Assembly (NCBI GenBank): GCA_000004695.1
Contig: CM000150.2
Coordinates: 4,608,001-4,672,000, forward strand
Reading direction: 5' to 3'
DNA length: 64,000 nt
From: Dictyostelium discoideum
Taxonomy: Eukaryota
This document shows, piece after piece, positions 1 through 13,792 of the stretch. The notes below the pieces were generated by a model. It saw only the letters and a program-made list of their open reading frames with translations, did no database searches and was not told where the DNA came from. A program made the translations under genes and the position numbers. Positions within the stretch are counted from its first letter, which is position 1, and each line of letters starts with the position of its first letter.

Positions 1-1097
1 AAAATCTAGCTTGTGTAAAACTAAATCCTAATACTGCTATTGTCAATATCTAAAACCATTTTTAATTGCAATAAGTATTAGTATTTTTTGTTTTATTTTT
101 TTTATTTTTATTTATTATCCTTATTCTTCATTAGTGATACGTGATTTTAATCATTCTTGTTCTTGTTGATACATACTATATTTAAAAGTAAAACAACCAT
201 TAATTTTGCTTTTGACATTTTTATATTTGTTAATTTCTTTTTATTTTTTTTATATGTGGTGTGTATGTGATTTTAATAAATTATTTTTCTTTTTAAGTGC
301 CCTCAACAAAAATAAAAATATAAAAAACAAAAATAAAAAAATCAAAAAAAAATATTTAGCGACTTTTTTTTTTTTTTTATTTTTTTATTTTTTTTATTTT
401 TTTATTTTTAATAAAAAAATTAAGATTTTCACTATTTTGGTCAAAACAAGACCTTGTTAATTTAAGTCGAAAACTTAAATTTTGATATCCCATTTTAATT
501 TTTTTTTTTGAATTTTTTTTTTAATTATTAAAGTAATTAAACTTTTATTTAACTTACCCAATCATTTTTGTTAATATATTTTTATTTTTATTTTTATTTT
601 TTTTTTTTTTAATCATTATTATTATTTTATCATTTTATTATTTTAAAAATTGTTATTATTATTTTTTTTTTTTTTTACCTTCACTAATTATTGTAATTTA
701 GAAAAAAAAAAAAAAAGGTTTAAAAAAAATAAATATAAAAATAAAAATAAAAATAAAAATAAAAATAAAAATAAATTTAAAAAAAACATTGTAAACTAAC
801 AAACTTTGTTAAATAAATAAACCTCATTTATCATTTTTTTTGTAAAATGATCTTTTTACTTTTTAAAAATAAAGTCAATAATTATTAAAATAAATAAAAA
901 TAAAAAAAAAAATTAAAAAAAATAAAATTAAAAAATTAATTTTTTCATTTTCATTCGTTCGTTCAATACCGATCATTAGAATAGTTTATTTCTCTTTTTC
1001 TAATATGAATAATAACCACCTATACCATAATAAGAAACGGTAGTATTGGGGTTTTAATAATTCATTTCATAATTGTTTAAAATTAATAATATACAAT

Positions 1098-1134
<37 letters not shown>

Positions 1135-1160
1135 CACAATAAAAAAAAAGATTTTACTAT

Positions 1161-1245
1161 AAACACACTCATCAACACGAATACACACCACACCGCACAC
1201 ACACCACACACCACACACCACACCGCATAGACACACACACCAAAT
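1161..1245 (+). promoter_or_regulatory. C/A-rich element (ACACACC/CACACCG repeats) in AT-rich intergenic DNA
   Basis: acactcatcaacacgaatacacaccacaccgcacacacaccacacaccacacaccacaccgcatagacacacacacc lies about 850 bp upstream of the 2085 gene. It resembles the CA-rich elements bound by G-box-binding factor in Dictyostelium developmental promoters. A G/T-rich counterpart, which is C/A-rich on the gene strand, lies at 5560-5595 about 200 bp upstream of the minus-strand F-box-like gene. Confidence 0.3.
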
Positions 1246-2084
1246 ACATGTATACAATTGTATATCTTTATTATATAATTTTATTTTAATTTTTTTTTTT
1301 AGTTCTTTTACTTTTTTTAAAAACCATAAAGAAAAAAAAAAAAAATTATTACATTTTTAAAATAAATATATATATATAAAGATATAAAATAATTATTATC
1401 CAATGGATTGTAGATCAAATTCAATTAAATCTATTAAAGTATATAAATTATAATAAGTTTTTACTTTTAAACAAGGTAAAGTAAATTATTTAATTTTATA
1501 TAAAAATTAATAAATAAAATGAAATGAAATGAAATAAAATTATAAAAATTATCTATATATAATTTAAAGATATAAATTTTTTTAAAAGTGAAAATATTAT
1601 TTAATTTATTATTTTTTTTGTATAATATTTTTATATAAAATTTTTTTTTTTTTTTTGATTTTAAAAATTAAATCAATATATATATCTTTTTATTTTTTTA
1701 TTTTTTCATTTTTATTTTTTTTTATAGTGTGATATATTTGTAAAATAAATATTTTATAAATTTTCTTTATTGTTTATCAAAAAACAAATAAAAAAATCAA
1801 AATAAAAAATAACTTGTTGTATTATTATCCATATTGATCAAAAAAAAAAAAAAAAAAAATCAAAAAAATAATCTTAAATAATAATATATAATATAAAAAA
1901 AAAAAAAATAAAAATAATTACGTTTAAAAAATTTAAAATTTCCTGTAGTAATAATATTATTAAATTGTTGTATAATTAAAAAAAAAAAAAAAAACATTGT
2001 ATATTATTAATTTTGGAAATAAATAAAAATAAAAATAAAAATAAAAATAAAAATAAAAATAAAAATAAAATAAAATAAAATAAA

Positions 2085-3533
2085 ATGATAGTAAATCAAG
2101 CATTAATTGAATTAACAAAACAAGTTGCAGTTGCGGTTGAAGAAATTAAATTTTCACCCAACTCAACTAGTAATAATTCAACACCAACAAATAATAAATT
2201 AAAATCATCATCGTCATCAATTTCAAATTGTGATTCGCCATCATCAAAATCGAAATCGAATAGTTCAACTTCAACCCCAACATCACAACCACAAACACCA
2301 TCACAATTACCACAACAAGCACAACAACAAGCACAACAACAACATTATTCAGCAAATTCAATGAATCCGTATTATGCACAACAAGTTTTATTACAATTAC
2401 AAAAACCATCAACATTTGTAAAACACGTTCATGTCGTTGTAAAGAATACACCATTTGGAATTACATTAAGATCTAAAGAACCATTACAATTTAATTTTCA
2501 AAATTATGTTATAAAAGCCACCCTACTCTATGATAGTGACCCACCAAAAATGGTTGATTTCATTCATAATGAGCCATTACAATATGTTGCAACGGTATCT
2601 GAAGATGGGTCAGAGGTTTGTGTTGATGTTAAAGTTGGTATTTTGTCAAGTCAACATCAAGGATCAATGTTTTTAGTTGTATTACATATTAGTCATTGCT
2701 CAGCACCAACACCATCAAATAGTGAACCAATTAGTACAATTCTAACAAATATTGGTAATAACTCTATACACAGTTTAAACGTTACAAATATTTGTGTTGT
2801 ATCACATCCAATTAGAATTGTTTCAAAATTAGATCACGTTAAAAAAGAAGGTATACCAATTTTAAAGAAAAGAACATTTCACGAAATTTTAACTGATAAA
2901 TTAAAAAAATTACAAAAATCACAAGATAGTCAAAGTAAATGGATTAAAAATCTATATCAACAACATGGTGCTCAATATGATATGGAACCTTATAATAGTA
3001 CTTTACATTCTCAAAAAACTGATTCACTCTGTTCTTCTTCAACTTCCACACCATCATTTAATTCAACCTCCTCCTCCTCAAAGAATCAATCCCAATCAAT
3101 TAAAAATGAAGAAGAAGAAGATGGTGGTGAAGACGAAGAAGAAGAAGGAGGCGAAGATAATGATAATGAAAGTGAATCAAGTAATACCAATAGTACACAA
3201 TTAATTGGGAAAAAAAGTATAAATAAATTACCAATTTCAACAACAACTTCATCTTCAAATTTTAATAATTTAATGGTTAATAATAATATAAATAATAATA
3301 ATAATAATAATAATAATAATCATTTAATTCAAAATACAACTTTTTCATCAACTAGTCATTTTCAAAATTCTTTTAATAGAGTAGTTGAAGTTTATAATTT
3401 AATTCCAGAATATGAAAGAGTTGAAGTTATTAGAAAAATGGTTCAACAATTAAAATCTTATGATTTAGAACAATTGGTTTCAACATTTATTGATGAATTA
3501 AAATGTGGTTATGAATCAACTATAATTTCTTAA
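2085..3533 (+). CDS. hypothetical Ser/Gln/Asn-rich protein (single exon)
   Basis: Uninterrupted 482-aa ORF in the track. Poly-Q, poly-N and acidic low-complexity tracts flank complex blocks (VKHVHVVVKNTPFGITLRSKEPLQFNF...; C-terminal RVVEVYNLIPEYERVEVIRKMVQQLKSYDLEQLV). Flanks are AT-rich. The overlapping ORFs 2167-2454(-) and 2965-3204(+) are low-complexity mirror artefacts. Confidence 0.6.
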   Translation: MIVNQALIELTKQVAVAVEEIKFSPNSTSNNSTPTNNKLKSSSSSISNCDSPSSKSKSNSSTSTPTSQPQTPSQLPQQAQQQAQQQHYSANSMNPYYAQQVLLQLQKPSTFVKHVHVVVKNTPFGITLRSKEPLQFNFQNYVIKATLLYDSDPPKMVDFIHNEPLQYVATVSEDGSEVCVDVKVGILSSQHQGSMFLVVLHISHCSAPTPSNSEPISTILTNIGNNSIHSLNVTNICVVSHPIRIVSKLDHVKKEGIPILKKRTFHEILTDKLKKLQKSQDSQSKWIKNLYQQHGAQYDMEPYNSTLHSQKTDSLCSSSTSTPSFNSTSSSSKNQSQSIKNEEEEDGGEDEEEEGGEDNDNESESSNTNSTQLIGKKSINKLPISTTTSSSNFNNLMVNNNINNNNNNNNNNHLIQNTTFSSTSHFQNSFNRVVEVYNLIPEYERVEVIRKMVQQLKSYDLEQLVSTFIDELKCGYESTIIS

Positions 3534-3668
3534 TAAAAATAAAATGTAATAAAAAAAAAAAATAAAATGTAATAAAAAAAAATAAAATAAAATTATAATT
3601 TTTTTTTTTTTTTTAAATAAATAAATAAATAAATAAATTTTTTTTTTTTATTATTTTAAAAAATAATT

Positions 3669-5378
3669 TTATTTATCAAATCGTAAATAAATTATAATAC
3701 TTTTATCACCATTACTAAAATTACCATCTTTAAAATTATTAAAATAATTTAAAATTTTTTTTTTAAAAATTAATTTTCTATTATAATATTTTTCATCTAA
3801 AGTTAAAGTAAATTCTTTTAAAGTTGAGTGAGAATTTTTTGAAAGTTGTTCTAATTTTTTAATATATTTTAAAGAATCATCAAATTGACATTCATTAATT
3901 TCTAATTCAATTGAATATAAACTTAAATTATTATGATTTTTTAATAATGGATTAAATATTGAAGAGACAAAACCTAATACAGTGAATTTGAAATGTTTAA
4001 TAGTTGAATTGATTGAGAAAACAGTTGAAAAGAAATAATCAGTAAATTGATCAAGTAATGGTGAAATTATTGAATCATCTATTAAGCTATCTAAATTTCT
4101 ACCTTTAGTTTTGAAAATTAAAGCTTTAATTGTTTTATTTCTAATTAAATTTGAATATGTTGATGTGAATTCAGTGAAATCAATATTTGTAAATTTTAAA
4201 TAATGTAATTGCGGTGGTGGACCGTCAAAAAGTGATTTAATACCATAGGATAGTTGAATCATTGATTCTCGAATAGAGGATGTATTATTTTTATCAATAC
4301 CATCATACATGCAATGTGGACCACGGAAACAGAAATTCTTTATCGTCATATTTTTTAACTGTTTGCAAGTATTTATTGAATTTATCATTGTTTCCCAATG
4401 GTTTTTAATTGTTTTAATTGTAGATTCATTTAAACCACCGAAATGATTACAACCATTATCATTGATACTTGAATAATTTCCACTTTCAGCTCTGATCATA
4501 TCATGAAATAAAATTGAACATGATAATGTATGAAGATTTGATAATTTATTTATATTTACCATATGATATGGTTCAACATGGTCAGTTCTATCAATTTGAA
4601 TCGATTCAATTCTTGGATTAATTATTTCATTAAAAAATGGTGAATAATTCATATGACAATATGCATCTTGATAATCATTACCATTTGGATTATATTTAAT
4701 TGAAAGTGGTTTAATTTTTTCAATAATATCTTCAAATGCATTTGGATTATTTTCACTTGTACCAACCATTGTTAATTTATTAATTTCAATATCTTTTAAA
4801 TAATAATCATCTGGTATACGATTTTCTTCATTATCATTTATAATTTTAAATAAATTATTTTCATTTTTATTTTCATGTTGTAGTTGTAGTTGTTGTTGTT
4901 GATTTTCTAAATTAATATTTAAAATTGAAAATTTTCCATTTATTTTTAATTTAAAATTTTTTTTTCCAGTTTTATTTGAAAAATAAAAATATTTTAATTT
5001 TTCATCAGAAATTGATTGAATTGGTTGTTGTTGTTGTTGTTTAATATTATTTGAAATTAAATTTGAAATATTATTAAACCATTTCTTTGATACTAATGAT
5101 ATTTCAATAATTTCATCAATAAAATAATATAAATTTTTAATTGTATATCCAAAATTATCTTTAAAATTATTTGTTCTTTTTTTATCAAAAATTAATAAAT
5201 AATTAATTATTGATTTTATAATTTCAAAATCCAAATAATCTGGAAATATTTTCTTATTTTCATTAAAATTATTATTATTATTTAGTTTTTGTTTTTTAAA
5301 TTGTTGAATTGGTAAATTTGTTGTAGTGGTTGTTGTTGTAGTTTTAGTTGATTGAGTTGTTGTTTGTGTAATTACCAT
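3669..5378 (-). CDS. hypothetical protein with F-box-like N-terminal motif
   Basis: 569-aa ORF. After an N-terminal poly-Thr tract, LDFEIIKSIINYLL...ISLVSKKWFNNIS resembles an F-box (LPxEI..I..L...L.VCKxW). The rest has no recognisable homology. Lies divergent to the next gene across a 1.4 kb AT-rich spacer. Confidence 0.55.
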   Translation of the reverse strand: MVITQTTTQSTKTTTTTTTTNLPIQQFKKQKLNNNNNFNENKKIFPDYLDFEIIKSIINYLLIFDKKRTNNFKDNFGYTIKNLYYFIDEIIEISLVSKKWFNNISNLISNNIKQQQQQPIQSISDEKLKYFYFSNKTGKKNFKLKINGKFSILNINLENQQQQLQLQHENKNENNLFKIINDNEENRIPDDYYLKDIEINKLTMVGTSENNPNAFEDIIEKIKPLSIKYNPNGNDYQDAYCHMNYSPFFNEIINPRIESIQIDRTDHVEPYHMVNINKLSNLHTLSCSILFHDMIRAESGNYSSINDNGCNHFGGLNESTIKTIKNHWETMINSINTCKQLKNMTIKNFCFRGPHCMYDGIDKNNTSSIRESMIQLSYGIKSLFDGPPPQLHYLKFTNIDFTEFTSTYSNLIRNKTIKALIFKTKGRNLDSLIDDSIISPLLDQFTDYFFSTVFSINSTIKHFKFTVLGFVSSIFNPLLKNHNNLSLYSIELEINECQFDDSLKYIKKLEQLSKNSHSTLKEFTLTLDEKYYNRKLIFKKKILNYFNNFKDGNFSNGDKSIIIYLRFDK

Positions 5379-5948
5379 TTTTTTTAATTTTATTTTTATT
5401 TTTTATTTTTATCAGTTTATTTAAAAAATTAAAATGATAAAATAATTTTATAATTTGCTCATGTTTAATTTCTTTTTTTTTTTTTTTTTAATTTTATTTT
5501 AATTTTAATTTTAATTTTTTTTTTTTTTTTTTTTTTTTTACACTTAAACAATAAAAAACCATGGTTGTGGTAGTGTTTCGTGTGTGTTGTTTGAATAAAA
5601 AAAAAAAAAAAAAAACCGAGTGTCTCTTTGATTTTAAAAAGTATAAATATAAAAAAAATAGGAGAACATTATAAAAAAATAAATTAAAAAAAAAAAAAAA
5701 AATTTAAATAAAAAATAAAAAGATCTGGGGGAATGAAAAGACAAACGTTTTTTTTATTTTTTTTTTTTTTTATTTTTTTTTTATTTCTTTTTTATTTTTT
5801 TTTTTATTTTTTTTATTTTTTTTTTGAATTTCAAAGCAACAATTTTATTTTCCCTTCAAAAACCAATCAGTCTTCAAATACGCATATGCCCATTTTTTAT
5901 TTTTTTATTTGAAAAATTAATTTTTTATTTTAATTTAATATTTATTTT

Positions 5949-5979
<31 letters not shown>

Positions 5980-6350
5980 GGGAAAATATCTATCGAGATA
6001 TCATTCCAAATTTAGATTAATCTAAAAATCATCCCACAAATTGATGAGTATAATTTTGACCTTGTTGATAGTAATAATCTTTGAAAATTCAATTAACAAT
6101 CAAACTCTTAACTTTTTTTTTTTTTTTTTTTTTTTAGTTTTAAAGAAAAACAAACAAATAAAAAAAAAAAAAAAACCATTTTTTCAGTTTAAACATTCCT
6201 TTTCCTACAAACACAAACAACTTTTTTTTTTTTTTTTTTTAATTTCTTTTTTTCAAAACTATTTTCTTTATTTCTTTTTTTTTTTAATTTGTTTTTTTTA
6301 TTTTTTGGAATTGAAAAAATTGCATTAGTGATTGGAAAAAAGTGTATAGG

Positions 6351-6382
<32 letters not shown>

Positions 6383-6753
6383 GAAAAAAAATTTAAAAAT
6401 AAAAATTAAATGAAAAAAAGATTTTTTAATTTACAATTCAAATAATTGTGAAGAAAAGGCATGTGATCAAAAAGTGTGAATTAATTTTTAATTTTTTAAT
6501 TTTTTTTTTATTTTTTTAATTTTTTTTTTTTTATTATATAAATAAAAAAAAAAAAAAAAAAAAAAATAAATACCACAAAAACATACACTATTTATTTTTA
6601 TTCTTAATTTTTTTAAATAAAAAAAAAAAAACACATAAAACACATAAAACACATATACAACATAAAAATAAAATTACCCAAAAAAAAAGAAATTTTTTTC
6701 TTTATAAAATTAAAATAAAGAAAAAAAAAAAAAAAAAAAAATAAAAAAAAAAG

Positions 6754-7368
6754 ATGCAAAAACCAAAAGTTTTAAAATTTATCTATAGTTTTATTCTTAG
6801 GCTTTCACTAATTGTTTTAGGTTTATCATTTTCTCAAATTACAAATAAATATAAAGGACAATCATATGGTACAATTGGTAAATATTTTTTTTTTTTTTTT
6901 TTCATTTTTCTCTAGACAAAAAGAAAAATAATAAATTTAATCATTAATATAAATAAAAATCTAAAGAGATCACTAAGAGTTATGTAGATACAATTTGTTT
7001 ATACTCAGAAGCTGTACCATATACTCAAACATTTCTCTTTTATGCAACTGAATGGCAACGTATCAACACAACAGATTCATCATCATCAAATACAACAACA
7101 CCAAACAACAATTCAACAGATAGTCAAACAACACCAACTACAAATGATGGTTGGGGAAATGTTGTTGTGGGAGTGGAAGAAGGTTTTGTGGAATGTGCTT
7201 GGAGAAATAGAAATTCAGTATTAAGAGTTATTGTACACATTCTTTCAATTTTATCATGTGTAATTGCTTTAACCTTAATTAAAAAACAAAAATTAAATCC
7301 ATTTTTAGTTGTAAGTATAGATAGATCCTATTTTATTATTTTCAAATACAACATATGGTTTGTATGTT

Positions 7369-7405
<37 letters not shown>

Positions 7406-7947
7406 TATATTTTGTATTTTAGAATGCATATTTAATGACAATTATAGGTATGGCTGGAATTTATTCTGGTGTAGTTGATAGTATTGGAGTTAAAAGAGCA
7501 TATGATTTTTGTATGACATTAAGTCCATTTTATAGTTCAGATTGTTATTATAAAGCATTTAATTGTACAGTTGTATTGAATTTCTTATGTTCTGCATTCT
7601 TATTCATTTGTGCAGTTTTATCAAGTAGATTTAGATATATACTTTTTAATGAAAGTGGTGATGTAAATAATAATAATACTAATAATAATAGTAGCAATAG
7701 CAATAGCAATAGCAATAGCAATAGAAATCCATCAAATACAAGAAATAGAGAAGTTGATATTGAAAATAATGCATCATCACCAAATAATATTGAATTGAAA
7801 CCACCAAAACCTTCAAAACCTTCAAAACCATCCAAAAATAATAGAGATCATTCAATTTTAGAAGAGGAAGTTGATTTTGAAAATAATGGAACTATTTTAA
7901 CTACAAATGATCAATACATAACCTCAAATAATGATAGAGATTTATAA
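6754..7947 (+). CDS. hypothetical 4-TM membrane protein (3 exons)
   Basis: Exons 6754..6877, 7009..7310, 7423..7947. Donors are g|gtaaat and gtt|gtaagt; acceptors are atactcag| and tttgtattttag|. The track ORFs 7167..7370 and 7435..7947 are exon 2/3 bodies. Four hydrophobic segments are present (LRLSLIVLGLSF, VLRVIVHILSILSCVIALTLI, AYLMTIIGMAGIYSGVV, VVLNFLCSAFLFICAVLS). The exon 1 assignment is the weakest part. Confidence 0.5.
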
Positions 7948-8747
7948 ATTCTTTTATTTTTTTTTTTTCTCTATTTTTTTTTTTTTTTTTTCATAATTTC
8001 TTCAATTCCCCAAAACTGTTTTAAAAATATATTTTTTGTATTAAAATTTTAAAAAATATTACAGTACCTATCTATTCATTTATTATTTTTGTAAAATTAA
8101 AGAAAAAAAAAAAAAGAAAGAAAAATAAAAAATAAAATTAATATTAAAAAATTAATTATAATTTCCAAGTTATAATTTAAAATAATTTTAAAAAGAAAAC
8201 AGATTTTAAAAAGAAATTCAATCTTCCAATTTATAAGAAAATTAAATTTAAATTACCTATCCACAACCATTATTATGGCTAAAAATCTTTTTTTTTTTTT
8301 TTTTTTTTTTTATATTCTTCTTTTTTTTTTATCATTTAATTTATTTTCAAACTGTTTAATTGTCCTACTAATCATGTTAGAATCTCCCCAAAAAAAATTT
8401 TTCAACCAAAGAACAAACCAAATTTCCCTATTATTTTTATTTTTTTATTTTAAAATCACCCCTTTTTTTGAGTTTTTTTTATTTTTTAAATTTTTTAAAA
8501 CAGATTAATTATATTGTAGTTTAAAAAAAAAAAATATTTTTTATATTAATATTAAATTAATCAAACTATCCATAAATTTGGTAAAATTTAATTTAAAAAA
8601 AATAAAATTTTAAAAAATAAAAATAAAAAATGATAAAAATAAAAAATGACAAAAAAAAAAAAAAAATCATTTTATTTTGTTTTTTTTTTTTTTTTTTTGG
8701 GATCTTATTATTGAAATAAACACACAAATAAAATAAAGAATAATAGA

Positions 8748-10103
<1,356 letters not shown>

Positions 10104-10382
10104 AAAAAAATAAAATAAAAAATAAATAAAATAAAAATATTTAAGGAAGAATAAAAAGATATCTTTGATTTGTAAATATTTGTTTAATAAACAATAGTTT
10201 TTAAATCTTTATTTTGTTTTTTTAAATTTTAAATTTTAAATTTTAAATTTTAATTAGAACTATATGCAAATAACATTAAAATAAATATGGTGATACCGGA
10301 AAAAAAAATTTTTTTTAGATAATTTTATATTTAGATTTTTATTGTTAAAAATAATTATTTAAATAATTTTGTTATTACATTT

Positions 10383-11679
10383 TTATTCAATTTTTTTTGG
10401 TTTATATTTATTATGAGTATTGGATTTATTATTAGTTGGGTAACTATTTTTATAAAAAGCACCAAATAATACCAAAAATCCCAACATATAAACTATCATA
10501 CACCAATGCATGAACTTAATAAAGTTACAATCATAATAGATACTATATGCTGATGCACTTAAATTTACCTAACAATTTTTTAAAAAAAGAAATAAAAAAA
10601 ATAATAAGTTAGATCATATATGCATAAACCAATGTATTATTATTATTATTGTTTTTTTTTTGTATATTTACAGCAAATTGGATTAATTGAATTTGAGTTA
10701 AATATTTCTTCCACCAAACATTAATACCAAATAATGCTAAAGTGTAATAACTGTACATAATGGTATGAATAATAGAATTAACCATTGCTGATAAAAAGCT
10801 ATCACCACCACCTACATATGATAGATCTAACCACCATAGGATTGGCATTGTAGAATGATGCCACACATGTCTATGAAAATGCAAAGTTTGTTAGTTTATG
10901 AATAAAATAAAATAATAAATAATAAATAATAAATAATAAATAAAATACTTACAAAACTTTATTATTAAATTTAAAAAAAAAAAATTTATGATAATAAAAA
11001 AATTATTAATAATTTAAAATAAAAAAAAATAAAATTAAATTAAAAATTATTCTAAAGTACTTACATGTGATTTGATTATCTTTTTTTCTTAAAACCATAA
11101 AAAATGTATCCATAAATTCAATAAACTTTGAGAAATAGAATAACCATAATACTTTAGCCATCTATATTAAAAAAAATTTTAAATAATTAATTTATTTTGT
11201 TTGGTTTTTTTTTTTTTTTCAATTTTTTAAGGATTAATAAATGAAAATAAATAATAAAAAAACATTATACATACACCAATTCCTTTTTCAGTATAATCAA
11301 CTGGGTTACATATTGGGGAATAATCATTTGAAATTGCTTGATGTGCAATTTCAATTGTCATATATAAACTTAATAATGTGCAAACTGCATTATGAATAAT
11401 TAATGGATATTTCAATTCAAATGGTTTTTTATTTTTCATTATCTTTTGACCTAATTTGACAATTATTACATATCCAATAATTAAATAGATCATTTCATTT
11501 GGTCTACTTAATAATGGCCAATTTAAAACTCTTTCATCTAATTTAATTAATATAAAAAAATAAGTATCAATGGATTGGTCCCCAAAAAAAAAAAAAAAAA
11601 TAAAAAAATTAAACTGACCTCTTCTTGATAAATAATATTCATATCTTTGAGATAAATAATTAAAATAATTATCGATCAT
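10383..11679 (-). CDS. fatty-acid elongase ELO-family paralog (5 exons), convergent with 8748..10103
   Basis: Exons 11679..11619, 11537..11275, 11161..11061, 10870..10672, 10568..10383. It has the same motif set as the + strand paralog ([38 protein letters not shown]). Four intron positions are shared with it; the intron 3 position differs by one codon. The exon 3 donor has to be GTACTT, because a canonical GTAAGT lies 4 nt upstream but would break the frame. Confidence 0.6.
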
Positions 11680-11898
11680 TTTTTATATAATATATATATT
11701 TTTTTAATTTTATTATGGTTGAAGGTTAACCGGATTGTAGTTTTTTATCTGCCCTTTAAAAAAAAGAAAAAAATAAAAGAAAAAAAAAAAAAAATAAAAA
11801 ATTAATAATAAAAAATTAAATTAAAAAAAAAAAGAAAACAAAAAAATATCGTGTGTCGCAAAGTTTTTTTTTGTAAATGGACCAAAATTATGGATCTT

Positions 11899-11933
<35 letters not shown>

Positions 11934-12199
11934 ATTTTTTTATTATCAATTTTTTTTTTTTAATAATATAATTTTTTAATTATCACAAATGAAGTTCAAA
12001 AAAAAAAAAAAATTAAAAAATTGTAGAAAAAATTAAAAGTATATGTAGTCAAATATTGATTTCTACAAATAATTAATTTCTTTTCTTTTATTTTTTTTTA
12101 AAAAAAAAAAAAGATAAAAATAAAAAAAAAATAAAAAATAAAAAATTTTCAAATAAAAATATCAACCCACTTTTTTTTATTTTTGTTTTTTTTTCATCA

Positions 12200-12232
<33 letters not shown>

Positions 12233-12270
12233 TTCCAAATATATTACTTAATTAACAAACGAAATTCATT

Positions 12271-12351
12271 ATGCCTCCAAAGTTTGGTTCATCAGCCCCT
12301 AAATGTGGCGTTTGTGCTAAAAGGTAACAATAAATAATAATAATAATAATG

Positions 12352-12442
<91 letters not shown>

Positions 12443-12449
12443 TAACAAC

Positions 12450-12483
<34 letters not shown>

Positions 12484-13012
12484 TAATAAAAATAATTATA
12501 ATGATAATTATAACACATTATAAAAATACATATTAATCATTTCAATTATCATAAAAATACAGTGTTTACGCCGCAGAAGCCTCACCATGTACAGTAGATG
12601 GAAAGACTTTTCATAAAAGTCTGTAATTTTTCATTTAAACAAAAAAAAAAACTGAAATTTTGAACTATCAATTTAATATACATGATTTTATTAATATTTT
12701 TTTTACTTTTATTATCATTATTTTTTATAAATAATTAGGTTGTACCTTATGTTCTGATTGCAGAAAAGGACTTGATTCAACAACAATTTGTGAAAATGAA
12801 TCTGTAAGATATTATATTTAATTTGGGTTTATTTTAGTTTTATTTTATTTTCCCATAAATCAGTATTAATATAAAATAATTATTTTAGAAACTTTATTGT
12901 AAATCATGTTATGGAAGAAAATTTGGTCCAAAACTCTTTGGTTTCGGTATTTATCAACTAATTATAAAATCAAATCAATTAAAAAAAAAAAAATTCTCAA
13001 ATTTATTAATTA

Positions 13013-13088
<76 letters not shown>

Positions 13089-13128
13089 ATTTTTAGGTGG
13101 TGGTGGTGCCATTGCTCACACTGAATAA
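12271..13128 (+). CDS. small cysteine-rich LIM-domain protein, CRIP-like (5 exons)
   Basis: Exons 12271..12323, 12563..12618, 12739..12803, 12889..12946, 13097..13128. The spliced product is MPPKFGSSAPKCGVCAKSVYAAEASPCTVDGKTFHKSCTLCSDCRKGLDSTTICENESKLYCKSCYGRKFGPKLFGFGGGGAIAHTE. It has a CxxC-x17-HxxC-x2-C-x2-C-x17-C-x2-C LIM pattern and a GPKxFGFG tail as in vertebrate CRIP1. Introns 1 and 4 carry (AAT)n/(ATT)n repeats. Confidence 0.7.
12332..12500. repeat. (AAT)n microsatellite in LIM-gene intron 1; (ATT)n at 13014..13088 in intron 4
   Basis: Direct observation. They produce the spurious poly-Ile ORFs 12252..12518(-) and 12906..13124(+). Confidence 0.9.
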
Positions 13129-13707
13129 ATTTGAAATCATTATTATTATTTAAAAATTCTATTTAAAAATGTACAAATCATATGAAAAACAACAATAAAT
13201 TATTTTTTTCCCAAACAAGAAATTTAATTTTTTTTTTTTTTTTTTTTTTTTTTCAGGAAAAAGAATTAAATTTAAGTTTCAAATTATGAATTATTGGAAG
13301 AAAAAAAATATATATATATCAAATATAAATTAAATAATTCAATATTCAAAAACTAATGAAGAATATAGGTAGACAATATTCAATGCAATGTTATTTTTTA
13401 ACTTTTTACATTATTTTTTATTTTTTATTTTTTATTTTTGTTTGGTCATTTAATAGCATTTCGATTCAATATTTGGTAACCCCTCAAAATTAATTACAAA
13501 AATGAAAAATGAAAAATAAAATAAACAATAATTTAAAAATAAAATTTTTAGAAATAAATAAACAAGATAAAAAATAAAAATAACTTCTTTAAATAAATAA
13601 CTTTTTTTTTTTATTGATACAAATGATTAAAAAAATTTTTTGATTATTATTTTTAATAATATTATTATTATTAAAATTATTATTATTATTATTACTACTA
13701 TGATAAC

Positions 13708-13762
<55 letters not shown>

Positions 13763-13792
13763 TTATTATTATTATTATTTTTATTATTATTT

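Noticed and set aside
206-460. 84-aa ORF at the window start and similar ORFs at 5824..6328, 8275..8805, 60840..61028 and 61557..61841
   Set aside because: They are composed almost entirely of Phe/Lys/Asn/Ile from A/T homopolymer runs in intergenic DNA, with no complexity and no splice or start context.
12586-12622. Possibility that LIM-gene exon 2 simply terminates at the in-frame TAA (…HKSL*), giving a 37-aa peptide
   Set aside because: The next two exons continue the LIM zinc-finger spacing (HKSCTLCSDC…CKSC) in phase, using GT..AG sites. The spliced product matches CRIP-family architecture end to end.
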